Positions 34,601 to 38,135 of a DNA stretch of 38,135 bases are shown here, piece by piece. The DNA lies in the NCBI RefSeq assembly GCF_001949145.1, contig NW_019091355.1, positions 4,661,374 to 4,699,508 on the forward strand, in the 5' to 3' direction. A model generated the notes under the pieces. The model saw only the letters and a program-made list of their open reading frames with translations. It was not told the origin of the DNA and made no database searches. Source of the stretch: Acanthaster planci (Eukaryota). Each line of letters begins with the position of its first letter. Within the stretch, counting starts at the first letter, position 1. The position numbers and the translations under genes were made by a program.

Positions 34601-37600
34601 CTTCAGTTGTCACAATGGTCTGTGAGTAAAAAGACTCCTGAATAGTTGTTGCTTCTAAGAGACGGTCCTCTTGGATTTCTTCCTCAAGGCGAGCCTGAAT
34701 ATCACTGCTTTCCAACCTCTCACTTTCCTGAGCTAGGGCTTGTGCCTCATCTTCAGGGGATGGCAGAGGTGTAAGTGGCTGAAGGTCCTCCTTTGGCTCT
34801 TCTTCAATGGTTTGCTCCTCTTCTGGTTTTGGCTCCTGCTCTCGTGCTTGTTCATCCTCTTCTCTTTGTTCTTCTACTAGCTCTGGTGTTTCTTGCTGCT
34901 GCTGGTCAAGAGTCTCTGACTTGTCTTCCTGTTCTTCAAGGGGTTCTTGTATTCCTTCAGCTGCAGGTTGGACAAGCAGATTTGGATCGTAGTAAGCCTG
35001 CTCTGTTGGCCCATCAACCAACTGAACCTCTTCTTCCATGGCTTCATCTTCTCTTCGCTCTTGATCTTCAGTGACAGGTTCTTCTTGGAGCTCCTCTTTG
35101 AAGTCCTCTTGGTAGTCCTCTTCATAATGAGGAGCTGGCTCTGGAAGGGATTCAGGCGTGTCTGGCAGTTCTTGAATTTCTGGGGTCTGAAGGGTGTCAT
35201 ACTGCTCAGTCTGCTGCTGGAGATCAAGATCTTGTGGAACTTCTAAGATCTGCTCTTCTTGCTGGGTGTACACTGCTTCCTTCAATTCTCCATCAGACTC
35301 GATCGGCGAGTCTGGGATGGGGGTTATTTCTGGGGTTGGTGGTAAGACAGCTTCCTCTTCTAGCCCAGCCTGTTCTTCTCTCAGTGACAGATCTACTGGA
35401 GGAGCTACATATGTATGCTCGACAGTCTCAGTTTCTTTGATGATTTCATGCTCAATTCCAAGTTTCTCCACATCATCTCTGAAGGAGGGTTCTCCAGATG
35501 GTGTTTCCACCAAATACTTTTCCTCAATTTGGATGACCTCCAAGCTAGATCTGCGGTCTTCTGTTTCAATCTCTGGACTGTGTCTGCCATCTTCTTTGTC
35601 ACTGTCATCACCTCTTGGTGTCTTCTCTGGGGTGTAAGCTGGAGATTCTATGATTGCTACATGCTCTTCTCGTAGATGTGTGTAACTCTGACTTGAGTAG
35701 GTTTCAGTGATATCGAGTATCTCTGGGATGTGAGGTTTTTCATGTTCCTCCTGCTTCTCATCTATCAAGTTATCTTCAATGTCAGCATCCTCTGATATAC
35801 CTGCATCAGCCGAGTATTCCTCATCGACCTCCAGGTGATACTCATCTTCCAAAATGGGTTCAGATTTCCTTTCTTCTTCTGATTCCTCCAGCTGTGGAAA
35901 TGGTGACCTTGGAATGTCATCAAGAACTTCATCAGTCTCCTCTTCAACTGATGGCTTCTCCTTAGCAACTTCCTGATCAACATCATATCTAAACACAGCC
36001 TCACTTTCAATGTGTTTCTGGGTTTCCATGACTACCTCCTCAGTGACAGGTTCAGTTGCCTTTTCCCCTTCCTCAACTTCTTCTTCTTTGGGCTCCTCTA
36101 AAATTTCCTCCACAACGTCTTCTGCAGGTTCTTCAGCCAGTACCTCTGCCTCTTCAACACCCATAGCTATTTCTTCTAGTTCCTCCTCTTCTTCCTTTTC
36201 TAGGGGCTCCATTTCCCTTTCTTGTTCTGTCTCCTGTTCTTCATCCTCCATGGTCTCTAGCCTGACGTCTTCCTGGTATTGCACGGAAGGTTGCTCTGAT
36301 TCTTGCTCCTTTGCTTCAATGTGCTCAACTAGTCGATGAACAGAAACACTCTCCTCAACTACTCTGATTTCCCTAGCAATGCCCACTTCAGCTTCAGCGA
36401 CAGCCTCAGGGGTCAGCTCTGGTTCTTGTTGGTCCTCAATCTGCTCTTCCAGGGAATCTGGAATGTCTTCTTGACCCTCCGCCAATGCAGTGTCTTGTTC
36501 GTATTCCACTTTCACAACTTCTTGATCTTGCACGTCCTCTAGAACTTCCTCCTGATCTGATTCTTTTCCCATGATCTCAACAGGTTCTTCCGGAAGGAAA
36601 TGCTGTTCGCGCTCTCCATGAACCTCCGATACAGTGGTCTGAACAATAGTTTGTTGCACAAAAGTACGCTTTTCTGTGTGGATAGTTTCATGGGTGCTGA
36701 ACAACACTTGTTTTGGTTCCATAGGTTCTTTTCTTGCAAGTTCAACATGTTCCAGCTTTTGAGGTTCCCCAACATCTCTCTCTGGATATTCTTCCACTGC
36801 CGGTGCAGCCTCTTCCTCAATTCTTCCCTCTTCTACCACCAATTCTTCATGAAGTTCTGGTCCAGGTCCCTCGCTGAGTCTCTCTTGTGCAATTTCCTCT
36901 TCTTGGGGAACAACATCTGGTACAATCTCTTCAGGGGCAACATCTTCCTCACTTCTTTCTTCCTCAACCTCTTTTTGAGGTTCCTGCTCAGGCTCCCCTA
37001 AGGTTTCTTTAGATGACAGTTTTTCTTCAAGTAAACATTCTGGGGTAACCTCTACTTCTGGTGCAGCTTCTTCCTCAACTCTTTCCTCTTTCAAAATGAA
37101 CTCTTCTTCTGGTTCTTGTTCTGCTTCTTCATATTCTGCCTCTGGCACTGGTTCTTCCTCAATTCTTTCTTCTTCCGCAACTGCCTCTTCTTCAGGTTCT
37201 TGCTCAGGTTCCTCAGGCGGTTTCTCTGGTGCCATGTCCTTTTCAAGCAGAATTTCTGGGGCAACTTCTACTTCTGGTGCAGCTTCTTCCTCAACTATTT
37301 CTTCTTGCACAATTACCTTCTCTTCTGGTTCTTCATAAGCTTTTTCTGGCACAGGCTCTTCCTCAATTCTTTCCTCCTCCACAAGTGCCTCTTCTTCAGG
37401 TTCCTCAGAGGGTTTCTCTTTTACAACTTCTTCTTCATGAGGAAAAACAGCTGGGACAACTTCCACTGCAGCTTCTTCCTCAATTCTTTCCTCTTCCACA
37501 ACTGCCTCTTCTTCAGGCACTTGGTCAGGTTCCTCGTAAGATTCATCAGGTGCAACTTCTTCTTCTTTGGGAGGAACTTCTGGAACAACTTCTTCCTCGA

Positions 37601-38135
37601 TTCTTACATCTTCCATAACTACTTCCTGTTGCTCTGGTTGTGACTCTTCAAAGGTTTCAAGTTGAACAATTTCCTCTTCCTTTTGGACATCTACTTTCTC
37701 AGGAGTTACAACTTCTTCAGTTGGTTCCCCTTCAGTAGCTCTGGCCTCCTCGTGAATACCGTAGACAACAGATGACTGTACGATGGTTTGCTGGACACTA
37801 ATGTGCGTTTCTGTATGAACCTTCATTTTCTCTTCTTCAGGTTCTTGCTCAGGTTCCTCAGAGGGCTTCTCTGGTGCAACTTCCTCTTCATGGGGAAGGA
37901 CATCTGGGGCAACTTCTACTTCAGGTGCTGCTTCCTCCTCAATTCTTTCCTCTTCCCCATTAACCTCTTCTTCTGGTTCTTGTTCTGATTCTTCAAATAC
38001 TTCCTCTGGAGCAGGCTCTTCCTCAGTTACTTCCTCTTCCTCAACTGCCTGTTTAGGTTGTTGCTCAGGTTCCTGAGTAACTTTCTCTGGTACAACTTCC
38101 TCTTTATAGATAACATCTGGAGCAACTTCTGGTGC
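22441..38135 (-). CDS. Multi-exon gene model (5'-partial): very large acidic protein, probably the C-terminal region of a giant ankyrin (ANK2/UNC-44-like)
   Basis: complement(join(33807->38135,[32607-32654 optional],30159-30279,29021-29239,28176-28331,25626-25700,23630-23894,22441-22669)); all GT-AG with compatible phases (0,0,1,1,1,1,2) to TAA at 22441-22443. Ankyrin identity rests only on the EEFEEELPDGTIRKVTRKRIIRRV motif plus the giant acidic exon. Coding status is more certain (about 0.85) than the product name. Confidence 0.6.
22888..23402. mobile_element. TTAA-flanked piggyBac-like MITE (507 bp between TSDs)
   Basis: TTAA-CCACTCCCTGCCGGGCG ... CACCCGGCAGCAAGTGG-TTAA; 18/21 inverted match including the TTAA. 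Confidence 0.8.
23443..23520 (-). repeat. Dispersed repeat copy 2 (TTAACCCTAACCCCTAG...)
   Basis: Reverse complement aligns to 7341-7413. Confidence 0.75.
23630..23894 (-). CDS. Exon carrying EEFEEELPDGTIRKVTRKRIIRRV (ankyrin C-terminal obscurin-binding-like motif)
   Basis: aaatag acceptor after a C-rich tract, CAG|gttagt donor, phase 1 to 2; strong GC bias at third codon positions. Confidence 0.88.
24516..24705. mobile_element. TTAA-flanked piggyBac-like MITE (182 bp)
   Basis: TTAA-CCCCTTCGCGCCGG ... CCAGTGCGAAGGGG-TTGA; 12/14 TIR match, right TSD has one substitution. Confidence 0.72.
25626..25700 (-). CDS. Exon ENLPKISTEPTVEFPPEVQEPGEAN
   Basis: taacag acceptor, G|gtgagg donor, phase 1 to 1, 75 nt; missed by the ORF track. 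Confidence 0.68.
26365..26619. mobile_element. MITE with ~24-bp TIRs, Tc1/mariner-like
   Basis: GTAATTCCAGAAATTAGGGGTGCA (26371-26394) vs reverse complement of 26589-26612 GTAATTCCAGAAATTAAGGGTCCA, 22/24; termini degraded, so the superfamily is a guess. Confidence 0.75.
27411..27832. mobile_element. TTAA-flanked piggyBac-like MITE (414 bp)
   Basis: TTAA-CCCCTTTGCGACGG ... CCGTCGTCAAGGGG-TTAA; 12/14 TIR match, perfect TTAA at both ends. Confidence 0.85.
28176..28331 (-). CDS. Exon FTTMAEAAPVVESSAPVVELAPDSDRYEGDSSPEERQFSESPLSSTSEDRQ
   Basis: ttttgtag acceptor, AAG|gtgaag donor (weaker), phase 1 to 1, 156 nt. Confidence 0.72.
29021..29239 (-). CDS. Exon FEDEEAPKTYEQAEG...QELWDRTQELPENATL
   Basis: ttcttgtcaag acceptor, G|gtaaat donor, phase 1 to 1, 219 nt. 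Confidence 0.82.
29930..30120 (+). repeat. Degenerate short repeats of a TAGGGCCT/TAGGACCT motif
   Basis: About 7 motif copies, including a near-duplicate TA(G/A)GACCTGT(A/G)GAAAACTGGTGCCT at about 30016 and 30084. Confidence 0.5.
30159..30279 (-). CDS. Exon PPVDEQFDAADRPDVPEDKPRATQEDIEALAIALNEFTMP
   Basis: ctccag acceptor, A|gtaagt donor, phase 0 to 1, acidic composition. Confidence 0.8.
32592..32654 (-). CDS. Candidate small exon EQDQLEIQLSSSLHTE(VLLA*): cassette (donor at 32606) or alternative terminal exon
   Basis: Strong polypyrimidine tract (ttgtctccttccctcttttctcacgtttctctcag); phase 0 fits the giant-exon donor; weak GAG|gtactg donor or in-frame TAA at 32592-32594. Confidence 0.5.
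   Translation of the reverse strand, partial: EQDQLEIQLSSSLHTEVLLA
33807..38135 (-). CDS. Giant Glu/Pro/Val-rich exon (>=4329 nt, >=1443 aa), truncated by the window end
   Basis: The 1403-aa track ORF frame stays open upstream of the ATG at 37826 to the window edge (APEVAPDVIYKEEVVPEK...). GAG|gtaggg donor at 33807/33806 coincides with an abrupt composition change after ...FVESTPE. Confidence 0.9.
36780..38135 (-). repeat. Coding tandem repeat within the giant exon (EEERIEEE-AAPEVEVAP / -PVPE units)
   Basis: About 9 EEERIEEE-type anchors; nucleotide repeat TTCCTCAATTCTTTC recurs on +. Confidence 0.85.

Noticed and set aside
33615..37826. Single-exon 1403-aa gene, or titin
   Set aside because: The frame is open upstream of the ATG to the window edge and a donor occurs at 33806. 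No Ig, Fn3 or kinase domains lie between this exon and the gene's stop, which argues against titin.
33986..37988. Many Ser-, Leu- or Phe-rich + strand ORFs and alternative-frame - strand ORFs
   Set aside because: Shadow ORFs caused by GAA/GAG codon bias of the giant exon.

Overview
Eukaryotic, intron-rich animal DNA, probably from an invertebrate bilaterian; the species cannot be determined from the sequence. Two convergent genes fill the window. (1) + strand, 1154-16985: 19 coding exons of an M1 zinc aminopeptidase of the glutamyl aminopeptidase/aminopeptidase A (ENPEP) type. All 18 introns between these exons are GT-AG and phase-compatible, giving about 754 aa. Motifs are GAMEH, HELAH-x18-E and C-terminal YPDAGAG; the first exon lies upstream of the window. 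(2) - strand, 38135-22441: the 3' part of a very large acidic protein gene. It has a >=4.3 kb Glu/Pro/Val-rich giant exon that runs off the window end, then 6-7 small exons. These include a motif resembling the ankyrin C-terminal obscurin-binding segment and end in a class I PDZ ligand (ESEI*). Best interpretation is a giant ankyrin, but no ANK, ZU5 or death domain is visible here. Introns hold two tRNA-derived SINEs, three TTAA-flanked piggyBac-like MITEs, other TIR/fold-back elements, micro/minisatellites and two assembly gaps. The region between the two 3' ends has a degenerate array of short palindromic motifs. I found no prokaryotic system and no CRISPR array. All calls come from reading by eye; no database searches were run.
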